Source: Camelus dromedarius (lineage: Eukaryota). From it: 64,000 nt of DNA. The position numbers and the translations under genes are program-made. Positions 1 through 11,807 of the stretch are shown here, in pieces; the first letter of the stretch is position 1, and each line of letters begins with the position of its first letter. Where the stretch lies: NCBI RefSeq assembly GCF_036321535.1, contig NC_087472.1, positions 97,280,001-97,344,000 of the forward strand, read 5' to 3'. Under the pieces are notes generated by a model. That model did not search any database. It was not told where the DNA came from and worked only from the letters and a program-made list of their open reading frames with translations.

Positions 1-3000
1 TAGACTATGACTCATTCCTATCCTTTGTTCCAAATACTATGGATATGAGTAAAAGAAATACATATATTTCACATTCATTAATGAAGGAGGAAATAGAGAA
101 GGGAAATGTGAGTAGGGAGGAAAGGAGAATGGAGAGAGGTGGAAAGGGAGTCTTGCCGTGAATTACCTCTTGGGGCCTCAGCCAAGAGCTGCTTCTAGCA
201 CTCTGACATTACACTGATTTCTCTGGGTTTCCAGAGATATTGCTTAGTGCTCCCTTGTGAGTTCTATGCTATATCCATGCCTTCATCTTCTTTAATTTTC
301 CTGGAGGTAGGTTCCCAGCAGAGTAAGCACATTGTTAGTCTTGAAGGAAGATGGTGTTACTTTTCTTGCAGAGCAATTCCTTTGGTACTATCATTTTTTC
401 CTCCTTGTGATTCTATCTGCCGCACTGCTCTTCTCTTTCCACCTTCTCCTTAGACCAACAAAAACCCAACCACATTTCTAAATGAATCCCGCCTCAGATT
501 ATTCTGAGCTGCATTATAATTAAATAAAAAGAAGTGAAACAGATCTCTTCAACTGGTTCCTTTTTTTATGCTCCAACCTTTTCCCCATTATTCAACAGGA
601 AAACGTGTCTGATACCTGTTATTTACATTGTGACAGAAATGAATTATCCTAAAAAGTCAACTCTTGCAGTCTCATGTTCATTTTGAACTCTTAGTTCTCA
701 TTATGTTTATATTTTAGCCTGTCACCTGTTAAGGAGATTCCAAATCTTAGAGTATGAAGGGACATTTGGAGGGGTGAAAGGACTTTCACTTACCTATTCA
801 ACATTCAAAATATATGGAGAACCTAGTATGTTGTAGTGCCTCTGCTGGATGATGGAGAATACATTATTTCTGAGATGTATATTACAATTAAGACTAACTT
901 TGAGAGTAAACCTGGAAGGAGAGGAAGATAGGGCAAGAGTTTTAATATTTTGTTCTCTCTGTTGCCTATTGCTTCTTGCTTCAACCAGATACAAGCTTGG
1001 GGCAGTCTCTTCCTCAGCAGTAGTGGCTGGTTGCCAATCAATGCCCTAGGGACTTGCAGATACAGAAATTACAGGCTTTTCACAGCAGGAATTTCCTTTT
1101 TGTTGGAACTGGTGTAGTGGGGAGATTCTGACACTGAGTAGGAGATTGAGTTATAAGACCCAAAGATCCCTCAAAGTTTAGGATGTAGTGATAAGTGATT
1201 ACCGGTTGTCCAAGGGGACAGGCAGCTTAACTTACATGCTGTAGTAGGGTTGTAAGCACTTCACCACTTATATATACCTCTTACCAACACTAGATTCTCA
1301 TAGGAGACCCAGGAAAAGAATATAAAATAATTGCCCATTTTTACCATTGAGGAGACGTAGGCCTACCATGTGCTCCTTAACTGTAGGTCATAAGAACACA
1401 ACCACTATTAATAAGCCTCTAACTCCCAGATACTGTTTCTTATTACTCTGCTGCCATGGCCCAGATAAGAAATTTAAATGTGCTAAGTCTCATAACAGTC
1501 CTATATGTTAAAATTCTAGAGAAAGCCAGGAAAAAATAGTAATACTTAAAAAGTTTCTGTGTCTTTTGAATATAAAATAAGCCCTCTTTTGTGGGTGAAT
1601 TCCTTTTACTTCAAAGGTCTTAGGAACAGTTGTGGAATCACATGCATCTGAAAGAGATTTTAGTACTTTTGATTCCGTCTTGCAAAACACTCTGAACAAT
1701 ATCCAAGATTCAACAGAGAGCAAGTTCCTAGGTTGACAAAGGATTCATTTTGTATACCTCATACCTTCTAAGAGATTCAGAGTTCAATAAATGATTCTTG
1801 AAACTTACTGTATATGTAGAAGAACATTTTTTTACCTCTGCTATTAAATAGTAAGTGGACCAGGCTTCACTTGGTGACTACTCTTCTCTCAAACTCTACC
1901 TCTAACTAGATTTGGTTGAAATCCATTAACATTTTAAGAAGATGCATTTTACTGATCATGTTTTGTTTCAAAATGGAAGAGTGAGCCAGAAACCAACTTT
2001 GAGGTATATTTTATTAAGCACACATACTATGTTTAAGAAAAATGTCAGCTGAGTCTTAAATTAATCATGAATGTAGACAAATGCCAAAGGTTGAGAGTTG
2101 AAGTTAAAATGGAGATCTTATTTCAGTAAATAAATTTTATCAAAAGAAATCCAGTTAGGTTAGGCATATGCACTAAAATAGCTGCAGCAGCATATTTTAC
2201 AAGAAAGTCACAATGACAGGTTGAAGAGTTTGATAGAGTTGGCTTTTTGTACCTTTGAAACTGATGTTCTTATAGTTAACCTCTTGTAAGTAACAATAGT
2301 ACTGTGTTCATAATGCTACAGAGAACTTGAGGAAAGTACAGATTTACTCTTTTCATGTGATAATTCCTCTAGCAGATCTTTATTTGAATGTGCTGCCGTG
2401 GATTTAATGTATGGGAAATTTTTATAGGCATGACGATTTTGAAATTGTTTTTTAATTTTATTTCAGTTAAGACGGTTAAGATTATACTTTGGATCAGATT
2501 CTGAATTTTATTGTTACAGATTAATTTTTAACAATCTCCTTTTCTGAAGAAGTATATATTGAGAGAAATATATTGAGAGAAAATTTCTTAAGAAAAGACA
2601 GTATGTTTCCATATCTATACCCTTTTGTTAGTAATATTTATTCCAAACTCTACATTGGACAGAAATCTAGGTGAATCACTATTCACTTTATATTTTTTTA
2701 TCTGTAATTTGTTGAAAATGTGCCTAGTTTTTACTGCTCAGCTGAGAATACTCTGATGAAAAGCAAAACATTAAAGCCTATAATTAGCTATTTATGTTTT
2801 TCTCCTCCTTTGCGGTAATGTCCTTTAAGTTTTCTCCTGGTTTGAAACTGGCAAAAGTACCCAGAATAATGGGTAAAACTTGGAATGTGGAGATAAGAAC
2901 AGTGAAAATAATTGAGGCAGAATCACTCAGGACTGTTTTGTATTCATATTTAGTATCTGTTACATAACAAGAATTGTAAGGAACATGATGCCTTCTTTTG

Positions 3001-3061
3001 GAGACATTGGGACCTCTAGATTTAAGAAGTCAAATAGTGACTTGACTGAATGAGTAGGTAG

Positions 3062-3152
3062 TAGAGTGTAGTGGACAGGACATGGGCTTTGAATAGGCAG
3101 TTTGATTTCACATTTACTTACTGCCATTTACTAGTTGAATGACTTTGGACAC
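3062..3152 (+). mobile_element. MIR SINE fragment
   Basis: tagagtgtagtggacaggacatgggctttgaa...ctgccatttactagttgaatgactttggaca resembles the MIR 5' half/core. Confidence 0.65.
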
Positions 3153-4155
3153 TGTCTTAGGTGTTCCCCCCAAAGCAGACCCTGAGACAAGAGTTTGAGT
3201 ATGTTCTAGTTATCTATTGCTGACTAACAAGCCATTCTAAAACTTAGTGTCTTACGACAATGACAGCATTTATTTTGCTCACAAGTCTGTAATTCAGGCA
3301 TGGTTCAATGGGATCATCTACTCTTTGCTTTACTTGGCTTCTAGCCTAGGGCTAGAATCATTTGCAGACTCACTCATATGTCTGGTATTGAAGCTGGCTG
3401 GGAACTTAGCTGGCACTGTTGGCTGGAGTGCCTACATACTGTCTTCTGAGATCGTTTCTTGGCTTCCTCAGCATGGTGGGTGGGTTCCAAGAGTGAGCCT
3501 TTCAAAAAGGCCAGGTATAAACTGTACTGCCTATCATGGCCTAGCCTCAGCAGTCACATTGTCTGTCTTCTGCCCAAATACAGGCCCATCCAGATTCAAA
3601 GCAAAGGAACATATACTTCACCTCTTGATGGAAGAGTGTCAGTGTCATGTTGTAAGAAAAGTATGTGGGATGGGATATATTGATGCAGCCATCTTTGAAA
3701 AATATGTTGTGCTACAGGTACATGTAGTTTATTTGGGAGATGGTCCCAGGAGGTCCTGCAGGGTGTGGGGAAGTGAGAAAAATCACTAAAGGGTACATTA
3801 GCAGGTTACCACTGTGAGTTACAGGGGCTTGGTCTCACATGGAAGCTTTTAAAGTCTGTGTGGAACACAGATGGAAATTGCCTCACTGAAGGAGAGGAAG
3901 GTGGGATATTTATCCACCATCTCCTGTCCCTCACTGGTTAAGGGTTGCTCTTGGGATGTTAACTTCTCAGTTCTGCAAGTCTGCCTTGCAGAGTGTTGAG
4001 TATACTCCTGTAGCCAGAATTCCTTGGATTGAGTGACACAGCTGCTTGCTGTAGGAAGCTGTTTGCACGTACCGGAAGTACCCACAAAGCTGTGGCTGAC
4101 TTCTGAGGTGGGCCTAAGGGTGATGGATGAAACATCAACGACTTCAGCTACTGAA
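3153..4155 (-). mobile_element. ERVL solo LTR (LTR16-like), split by a MaLR LTR
   Basis: tgtcttaggtgttccccccaaagcagaccctgagacaagagtttgagta resumes at 3717 as catgtagtttatttgggagatggtcccagg. The same motif is uninterrupted at 22856. AATAAA lies on the - strand. Confidence 0.7.
3202..3716 (-). mobile_element. MaLR solo LTR (MLT1G/H-like)
   Basis: Begins tgttctagttatctattgctg and ends gcagccatctttgaaaaatatgttgtgctaca. Has TG...CA termini and MLT1 terminal motifs. ORFs 3247..3789 and 3459..3683 overlap it. Confidence 0.8.
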
Positions 4156-4489
4156 GCACTTTGTAGCCCACTGTAAAATAGCATCTTGTAACAGAGTTTA
4201 TTTTGTGACATGTATCATCACATTGATACGTAATCAACTCTGGCCTTTCCTACCAATATTTTTCCACATTTAATTTGATAGTTATTAAGAATATGGTCGG
4301 ATAGCACCGTAGTTATCAGAGGACCTAGTTCTGGTCTGTAGTGAGGATTCATATAGTCAAATTTTGTAAACTTGTTAAAAACTGGTTTTCCTTTTTCTGT
4401 GAATAATAAGAATCCTTTGTAATTATGAGTAATAAATCTCGAGCTAGAACTTGGCTGGAGTTGGGTATATTTAAAAAAAAACAGTAAAT

Positions 4490-4710
4490 ATAAGATAGGG
4501 CCATGCTCTTTGTTACTGCTTCAGAACATCTGTGTAATTTTGTGTAAGTCATTTACCCTCTTGGAATTTCTGTTTCCTCATCTGTGGATGGATAAAGTGA
4601 TGCCTAATTCACAGGGCTATGTAAGCAGTGTATCAGATAGAATGACACTGCCTAGATCTGGCAACGTGAAAATACGTACTCAGTAAATGTCAGATGAATA
4701 AATGACTGAA
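4490..4710 (+). mobile_element. MIR SINE
   Basis: Core gtgtaagtcatttaccctcttggaatttctgtttcctcatctgtggatgg, with 3' end actcagtaaatgt. Confidence 0.7.
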
Positions 4711-5734
4711 TAATTTATCCAGTAAGCAGCATTTGTAAAATGTTTATGGTTTGTAGTGTTTATGTTCAATTTAATGGTCAGTGTGCTTGATTTTCATGTT
4801 TCAATGGGCTTGATTTATCTTCAATGTATATGACATCTTAGAGCTGAAAGCATTAAGAGATTTGGCCACTAATAACAGTTTTAAATGCTTAGTGACAACA
4901 TTTTGATAGAATATCTGGTGGCTTTAACAGTAGAAGGAGGCCTGAAAAAATGATCCTGCCTCTTTTGCTACCATTGGTAATGCTTTCCATGCTCATGTGA
5001 GTGTGTGTAAGTGTGTAAAGCTATGTGTGTATGCATGGTGTATGTGCTATTGTGTATTTGGAAGACAGATTGAGATAAGATCAGGCAGAGGAAAGAAGAA
5101 AATCCTAGAAGTATAATAGGTGTGAGATTTGTGCTGTGAGGATGTGCGAAGTTAGGACTTATGTCAAATTCTCCATCCATAATTGAAGAAGGTCATGGGG
5201 CTTAGGCATGAGAGAAGCAAATGGGTTCATTAGCCTGGAGGCAGTACCCACAGCTCCTACCCGGTGAGATATGGACACATTTTCATTTTGAGAAATGTAG
5301 CACAGTGTAGATGTGGTTAATATTAACATAGCTGCACCAATTTAAATGTACTTTGGTGTAATTTAAACCACCCACACAGTTTTCCTTTGAAAACACAAAC
5401 ATGTGACCCTCTCAAAATTCTCACCCACGCTCATTGCTTGTGCCTTGGACTCTTGAAAACTCATTTTGCAACCTATGAAGTAATCTTCCTGAATTCTTGA
5501 ACCTTTGAATGCCCTTAACTTTTATGACAAGAACATACTATTTTTTAAATACGACTTTTCACTTTCACTTCCATTATTTAAAAAAACCCCAAATTTAAAT
5601 AAGGTGGTTTAAAAAAGGCAGGCTCTCTTGTATTTATTTTTTCATTTTTTTTTTTCCTTGGAGCATATCATTTTATACTATTCTAGGGATTCCCTTTCCA
5701 TGACCCAGGTACATTGTGGGGAATGAGAGGTAGT

Positions 5735-6201
5735 GTTTCTTTTTTCATGATTTTGTGGGTTAGGAATTCAAGCAGGGCTTAGCTGTATTACTCTTCTGCT
5801 CTACATGTTGTTAATTGAGGTCACTCAGTGATATTCAGCTGGTAGCTAGTCTTGTCTGGAGGGTTCAAGACACCTTCATTCATGCCTAGCACCTTGGCAG
5901 AGATGTTTGGAAACACGAGCTCAGCTGGGTCACTTTTCCTTTCCATCTTCAGTGCATCTCCACATGGTCCTTGGCCTCTTCATCACAGTAGTCAGACTTC
6001 TTCCATGGTGGCTCACCAAGAGATGGAGGTAGACGCTACCAGGCTTCTTCACAGCTAGACCGAGAACTAACACAGTGTCACTTCCACCATTTTTGTTGAA
6101 TGTTAAAACAGAGGCCCGCCTAGATTCAAGGGCGGTGGAAATAGATCCCATCTCTCAATGGGAGAACTGTAAAATAATTTTCATCTATCTTTAATCTGCC
6201 A
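5735..6201 (-). mobile_element. MaLR LTR (MLT1I/J-like)
   Basis: catgattttgtgggttaggaattcaagcagggcttagctg...cacagtgtcacttccaccattttg...tagattcaagggcggtggaaatagatcccatctctcaatgggag...tttaatctgcca. Confidence 0.75.
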
Positions 6202-6324
6202 AAGTTGAAGATATAAAAACTCACTATTAGAATCTTTGTTTTTCTTAATCCTAAGTGTTTAGTGTAAGTCTCAAAAGAAGGATCACAGAAAGATGTGTAA
6301 TTACAGAAGTGAATCATATCTTGC

Positions 6325-6545
6325 CTTAGAAAATAGAATCTGAAGCCAATCTATTAGATCTTAAATCCTGGTTCTACTATATTTTAGCTGTGGGATTTTC
6401 AGCAAGTTGCATGATCTTTTCATGTCTGAATTTCTTCATTTTGGAGAATGGAATGATAGTTCTTACCTCATGTAGTTGAGAGGATTACATGAAGTAACAC
6501 ATGTAAAGAATTTAGGAATCGCACCTGGAACATGAGCAATGTTCT
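6325..6545 (+). mobile_element. MIR SINE
   Basis: ttaaatcctggttctactatattttagctgtgggattttcagcaagttgc...tttcttcattttggagaatggaatgatagttcttacctcat. Confidence 0.7.
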
Positions 6546-9309
6546 GGGAAGGAAGGGGTTCAGCAACTAATCTGCAGTTCATTTCTCTTGTTACTGGGGG
6601 AACATTCATAGGAAAGTAAGAAGGCAGATGACCTGACCTAATCTCCTTATAAACATGCTAATAAATGAGCTGGTGAATAGACTAACGGTGTTTGCAAGGA
6701 GAAGTCATGTCTTTGGACTACTTTTGGCAGGGTGTCTCTGGCTTAGGATTGTTTATGGTAAACACATCTAGGGTCGATGGATTTATGGGGCATGGATCTC
6801 TGGAAAATGTCACGTAAGCTGTGTAACCATCTGGCTGTAAATGGAGATGTTTCGTAACTTAAAAAAATCCTTGCTGTGTGAGGTGACTGTGCACTGGACT
6901 TGGAGAACTGATTTTTGAACACAGGTCAGAGGGTACATTTCTAACGTGGGAAGGAAGGGGCAGGGAATTCTGTACCTGATGTTCCAGCTTCACCTCTGCC
7001 TCTGAGTGCTTGTATGCTTGAAATTATTAGTAAAGCATATTACTAGGTAATATCTCTGACTCATATTTGGTCTCATTTGGTAATCTGATCCATTGTATTT
7101 ACTGATGCTCAATAAATGTTAAGTAAAAACAATTATTAAGATGATATACAACTTTAATATTGCGTTTTTCCCCATGGAAAAATGAGGGAGCAGGAATAGA
7201 CTTAAATACTTTTCTGCCTTTTCTAATTTTATTTTAATTAAGTTACTGGAGGCCCATAGGATTATGTTTGAAGGCAGAGTATGTTATTCTTTTGTGGGTA
7301 GCCATAATGTCACTGACCATACATTTGTTGTATTATGGATGTGCTCTAGTTTGATCTTGAACTGGTTAGCATATTTTGAATGATTCAGAAAGGCCAGTTG
7401 TGGTATTAAGGGATTTATTTCTATGATTTTCTCAATCATATTATGGTTTATTACTTTAGCCAAAATGCTGAAGTAAGGCCTTTAATTTAGAATACGTGTG
7501 AGGAAGTAGAGTTCCCATGTTTTCTATGTTGTTGATGATTCCAAACATAGAAATGGTTTCCAATCCAAATCCAAATCCAAATTCTTTTTGATTTTGGAAT
7601 TTGTATTCACATTTGAATACAAATTTGAAACTCTGGATATACCAGAGTTTCAAAACCCTCCACTTATCAAAGACATATTGACTAAATGCAGCCCAAGAAG
7701 AAATCTCCAGTTGCTCTGGATAGGCAGTTTGCAGAGTGCTTTTACATTCATTTATAAAGCAATCATATGTAGGCGTCAGGGAACCCGCCTAGGTTCCCTG
7801 TCCCATTTCTTCCCCTTCTTACTGATGATCTTGAATTACTGATGTTAAGGGCCTCTGCAGAAAATGTATGGAATGTCTGTACTTTTTCTTTGAGCTTACT
7901 TTATTTCTGAAAGAAGAGGTAGTTATGTAAGGAGGAAGCCTAAATTCCTTTATTCTGCTAGAAGGGCACCGCTGGACAAGGGACCGCAATTTAGCGTGGG
8001 TGGAATTGACACAGTGACAGTGCCGCAGGGTAGCACTTTGTTGGAGGGTATGATTTCACAAACAAAGATTCACTAAGGATAAATAAAGGGAAGAACTAAT
8101 ATTGTCACAAAGAACTTGAAAACAAAATGTATCGGATATATTGCACTGCAGAGACACAGATAACAAAGAATAATAATAACTTACCAAAGGTATTTGAGAG
8201 ATTTGCCTGATTTCACCCACTTGATGACACGAAGAGATGGGCTGGACAGAAAGTGTTGTAGAGTTTTTGTTAATGAGAAACCAAGACTTAGATTGATATA
8301 CCCCCAGCTCATGCGGTAGTGAGTGGCAGAATTGAGGTTCTCTGTACCCTTAAACCATGTCTATCTCTCAAATAAAAGTCACCACATAAATATGCTGAAC
8401 AACTGAGTGAATTCAACTGAACCGGCTTTTACTGAATGTATGTATAAAGCAGGGTGCTAGATGCTTTGGGGGATAAAAAAGATGACTCAGATGCTCTTCC
8501 TGTCTTTTAAGATCTTGTAAATTTGAAGAGAAACAAGGTGACATTCAGATAACCTCAATCAAAGGCAGAATGGTGAGGTATTATGCAAGTAACTTGATTT
8601 ATCTAATTTTTAGATAATATGAATTAAAAACCCTGTGTATGTAATATTATCCCTCCAGATAGAGAAAAAATGGAATGATTTTTACTCTTTTTGCAGATGC
8701 CAGCTCATCACAATAAAAATGATGCTCTTACGTCTGAAAATGAGTGGAACTATGGCTTAGTTCTCTGGTGCATTTAAACTAATTCTAGTCCAATATAATG
8801 AGTAGCTTCCCATTGAAATCTGTGATAAATATTTAGAGAAGAAATTGGACTAGCTGTTACTAGGTATTGTTATCACTGTATGAAGACTGGATGCTTGAAC
8901 TAAGTGTGGCTTTGAAATGCAAGTTTGTCCTTATTATTTAAATCAGGACTCAAGAGTTCTCAGCTGTTTTCCCTGAGTACACAAAAAGCTTGACTACAAG
9001 GTCCAGTGAGCTTTCATAGTCTTATCCAGCTGTCTTGGCAACATTAATTCCTGTAGAAGCCAATGGAATGTGTTCTGGCTTTGCCTGGAATATTAAAAAA
9101 AGGTAGAGAAACAAAACTACACTTATGGATGTTAATTAAGATAATGGGACAGGGAGTTTGATGTGAAATAGTGTTGGATGTAATGATGTGATATCTTAGT
9201 CGTGACTCACGTTTAGTTTTATAAAATAGGACTTTGTTAATAAATTTTGAACTTTATTATATAATGAAGTCTGGATAGTATATTATCACTACAATAATAT
9301 GAAAATAGA

Positions 9310-9530
9310 AGCTTGGGGTTGCATTTCAGGGCAGGTATGCTGGTTTCACCTTGCCACCTTAGTTCTTGGCTTCCATCTGCAGAAGATGACTGTCTCAACT
9401 TTGGTCTTCACAGCTGTGTTTTAGGCAGCTGGAAGAAAGATGCGTGACTCCACTTCAACCAGTTTCTTTTAGGGGTTCCTAGAAGCTCCACTTAGAGAGT
9501 TTTGCTTCCATCTCATTGGCTACCACTATC
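9310..9530 (-). mobile_element. Degenerate MaLR LTR (MLT1K/L-like) fragment
   Basis: aagatgactgtctcaactttggtcttcacagctgtgttttaggcagctggaag...tgcttccatctcattggc. Confidence 0.45.
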
Positions 9531-9974
9531 TATAGTAGGCCAAGAATTGTAGTCTTCCTCACTCGTTCCTTTTCCCTTTTCTCTACCTCTCCATCCCTCC
9601 CTCTCTCTTTTCCATCCTGTATTGCTACAATCTATAATACAAGATTTGTTATGAGGAAGAAGGAAAATGAATGGGCATTCTCTGCTGCAGATACACTTTT
9701 GTTTAATAAATTATATCTTCTTCTAAACCTTAGTGGATAAAAAAACTTACAAATGATAAAAGAAAATGATTTCTATAAAGTCTTTGTATTGACTCCATTG
9801 CAACTGAAGATATCTATGTGCTTACCGTATATTCTGGGGTGGGAATGATTAGTAACCTCAACTTTTCTTTAATTTTTTTCCTTTAAAAATTATCTCTTTT
9901 TATTATTACTACACTTCAGGGATTTTTTTCCTTGTCCTATGACTAATGTCTCCCAGAAAATAAATGCCTTAATT

Positions 9975-10150
9975 TTGTATAGTTCTTGGTTGTTCACAAA
10001 ATACATTTACATTTATTGTCTGGTTTTCCTCTCAATGACCCTGCTGAGGAAACTGAGTCTCAGAGTTTTAGTGGTCTGCTCAAGAGGATCTAAGTAATAA
10101 GTAGCAGACCTGGGATTTGAAACAAATTATTCTGTCTTTAAGACTGCCCT
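9975..10150 (-). mobile_element. MIR SINE
   Basis: tgaggaaactgagtctcagagttt...agtaataagtagcagacctgggatttgaaac is the reverse MIR core. Confidence 0.7.
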
Positions 10151-11384
10151 TCTTTCCAGGAGACCCAATTACTTCATTTTTGACAGGGTTCCGAGGTGGC
10201 TCATGCCAATTGCTTTCTTTGAGGCTCCTCAGTGGTAACTGTTCATTGCTGAGCTCCCTCTGCTTCCTGATAGTCTATGCTGTTCTCTTAGACTGTTTCT
10301 TTTTTGTGACCTAACTGAAGACTATGGTTTAGCTAACCCTGAACATGAAATTTTGAGGTAGACTTGGAGGGTTGGTATTCCCTTAGGAACTTCACTTCCC
10401 CCAGCTATTTATGTATTTTGAGACATTCTTAGGGACAGGACCAAATAAGGGCAAGGCATGACTAAAAATTATTCTTGTGCAAAATGCCTGAAATTAGGCT
10501 TGGCCAGGGAAATTGCTGGATGGACTTATAACTTGTTTCATTTCTCCTTGGCATGTTCCATGGAGATGACCATGTTTCAAAGGCTTTCACTAGACTAGTG
10601 GATTATGTTTCTTGCTGAGAAGAGCAGAAAAATATTGGATTGATATCCTACCAAATGGTAGAAATAAAATCAGTCTTCTTAAGCCTACTTGGAACTATCT
10701 TCCGACTCCCTGACATTTGCTTGTGATTAGAATACCGGCTTTGAATGCCACTTCATAAATCAGGAAGAATACATGGATTGAACAGTGTTTTGCATCTGTG
10801 CTAATGCTCCTCTCATTGTCAATCAGAAGTTGACTGTCAAAAGAGGACAGGGACTGAGAGATTATAAAACATTATTGTTAGTCATGGAAAACAAATTTAA
10901 AAGATCATCTTCCCCAAACTCACCTTCCATATATGTATGGCATATTTTGCATCCATTACCTAGAAATTTCTTGAGTATACTTTCATATTTTTCTGGAATA
11001 TGAGATGCTGTTTATGAAGGGCATCTTCCTCTTCATCGTACTGCAAATTATATTATGAAGTAGAATATGGTTATAAATATGGTTGTCTGTTTTAATGAAA
11101 TAATAATAGATCCAGTGTCTCTAATCATACTAGAGTTAAGCAAAGCATACCATTTGAGTCACATGGCTCTTTTCAACCTGCTGCGCATGATAAGGTAGCC
11201 AGAGGGTGGGAGACTGATGTATTGGGAGTTTCTAATAGGGGATTGCCATTTGAATAGCAACAAGTTTTGATGGCAGTATTTGATAGAAGCAAAATAATTC
11301 CATATGATGATACCTTTTCATCAAATAATGTAGTGGTCAGGCATTCTGTTAAGATCACATATTCACATTTCAGTTCAAATTACC

Positions 11385-11521
11385 TCTATGAAGTTAAACA
11401 ACTTTCAGGATTGCAGAAATGCACGATTCCAGTGGCTTCCCATTCACATCCTAGAGTGTGTGAGTGCTGTACCCCAGATTAGCCTAGTGCACGACTTATA
11501 CAACGGTATGTAGTGACCTTG
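11385..11521. mobile_element. Palindromic hAT-Tip100 MITE (MER91A-like)
   Basis: tgcacgattccagtggcttcccattcacat-cctagagt-gtgtgagtgctgtaccccagattagcctagtgcacgacttatacaacggtatgtagtgaccttg matches the self-complementary MER91A layout. Confidence 0.6.
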
Positions 11522-11616
11522 TATACTTAACGTTATACACGTCCTGTGACGTGCTCAGTAACTTTCAGGATTAAAGAAATATACATTGCTGTAATTCCAA
11601 CAATTAGCTATGCTTT

Positions 11617-11807
11617 TTTTTGGGGGGGGGAACTAACTTCCCCTGCCTAATTAAAAAAAATTGTTTTAATTTTATTTTTTGAGGGGGAGGTAATTAGGTT
11701 TATTTATTTATTTATTTACTTACTTATTTTAATGGAGGTACTGGGGATTGAACCCAGGACCTCCTGTATGCTAAGCACGCACTCTACCATTGAGCTCTAC
11801 CCTCCCC
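11617..11807 (-). mobile_element. Camelid tRNA-Ala-derived SINE (Vic-1-like) with extended tail
   Basis: Reverse complement reads GGGGAGGGTAGAGCTCAATGGTAGAGTGCGTGCTTAGCATACAGGAGGTCCTGGGTTCAATCCCCAGTACCTCCA (A and B boxes), then a (TAAA)n linker and CCTAATTACCTCCCCC. TSD is attagctatgcttt (11603-11616) / actagctatacttt (11808-11821). Confidence 0.9.

Noticed and set aside
3247..3789. Longest ORF (180 aa) as a gene
   Set aside because: Lies almost entirely antisense within an MLT1 LTR and runs into an LTR16-like LTR; non-ATG start and no recognisable domain.
8185..8241. 57-nt - strand exon candidate (TCCAG|CCCATC...TTTG|GTAAGT)
   Set aside because: Falls in decayed MIR-like sequence and neither open frame is recognisable; likely chance splice sites.
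9826..9833. 8-nt - strand microexon with a TACTAAT branch-like motif
   Set aside because: Not frame-preserving, short C-rich tract, and no independent support.
11400..11598. Direct repeat aactttcaggatt at 11400 and 11560
   Set aside because: Only ~13 bp exact and ~40 bp degenerate, with no sustained periodicity; the first copy lies in the MER91-like element.
11733..11807. tRNA-Ala gene (also at 17700-17771 and 48622-48698)
   Set aside because: tRNA-like heads have stem-breaking mutations, SINE tails and TSDs; they are SINEs, not tRNA genes.
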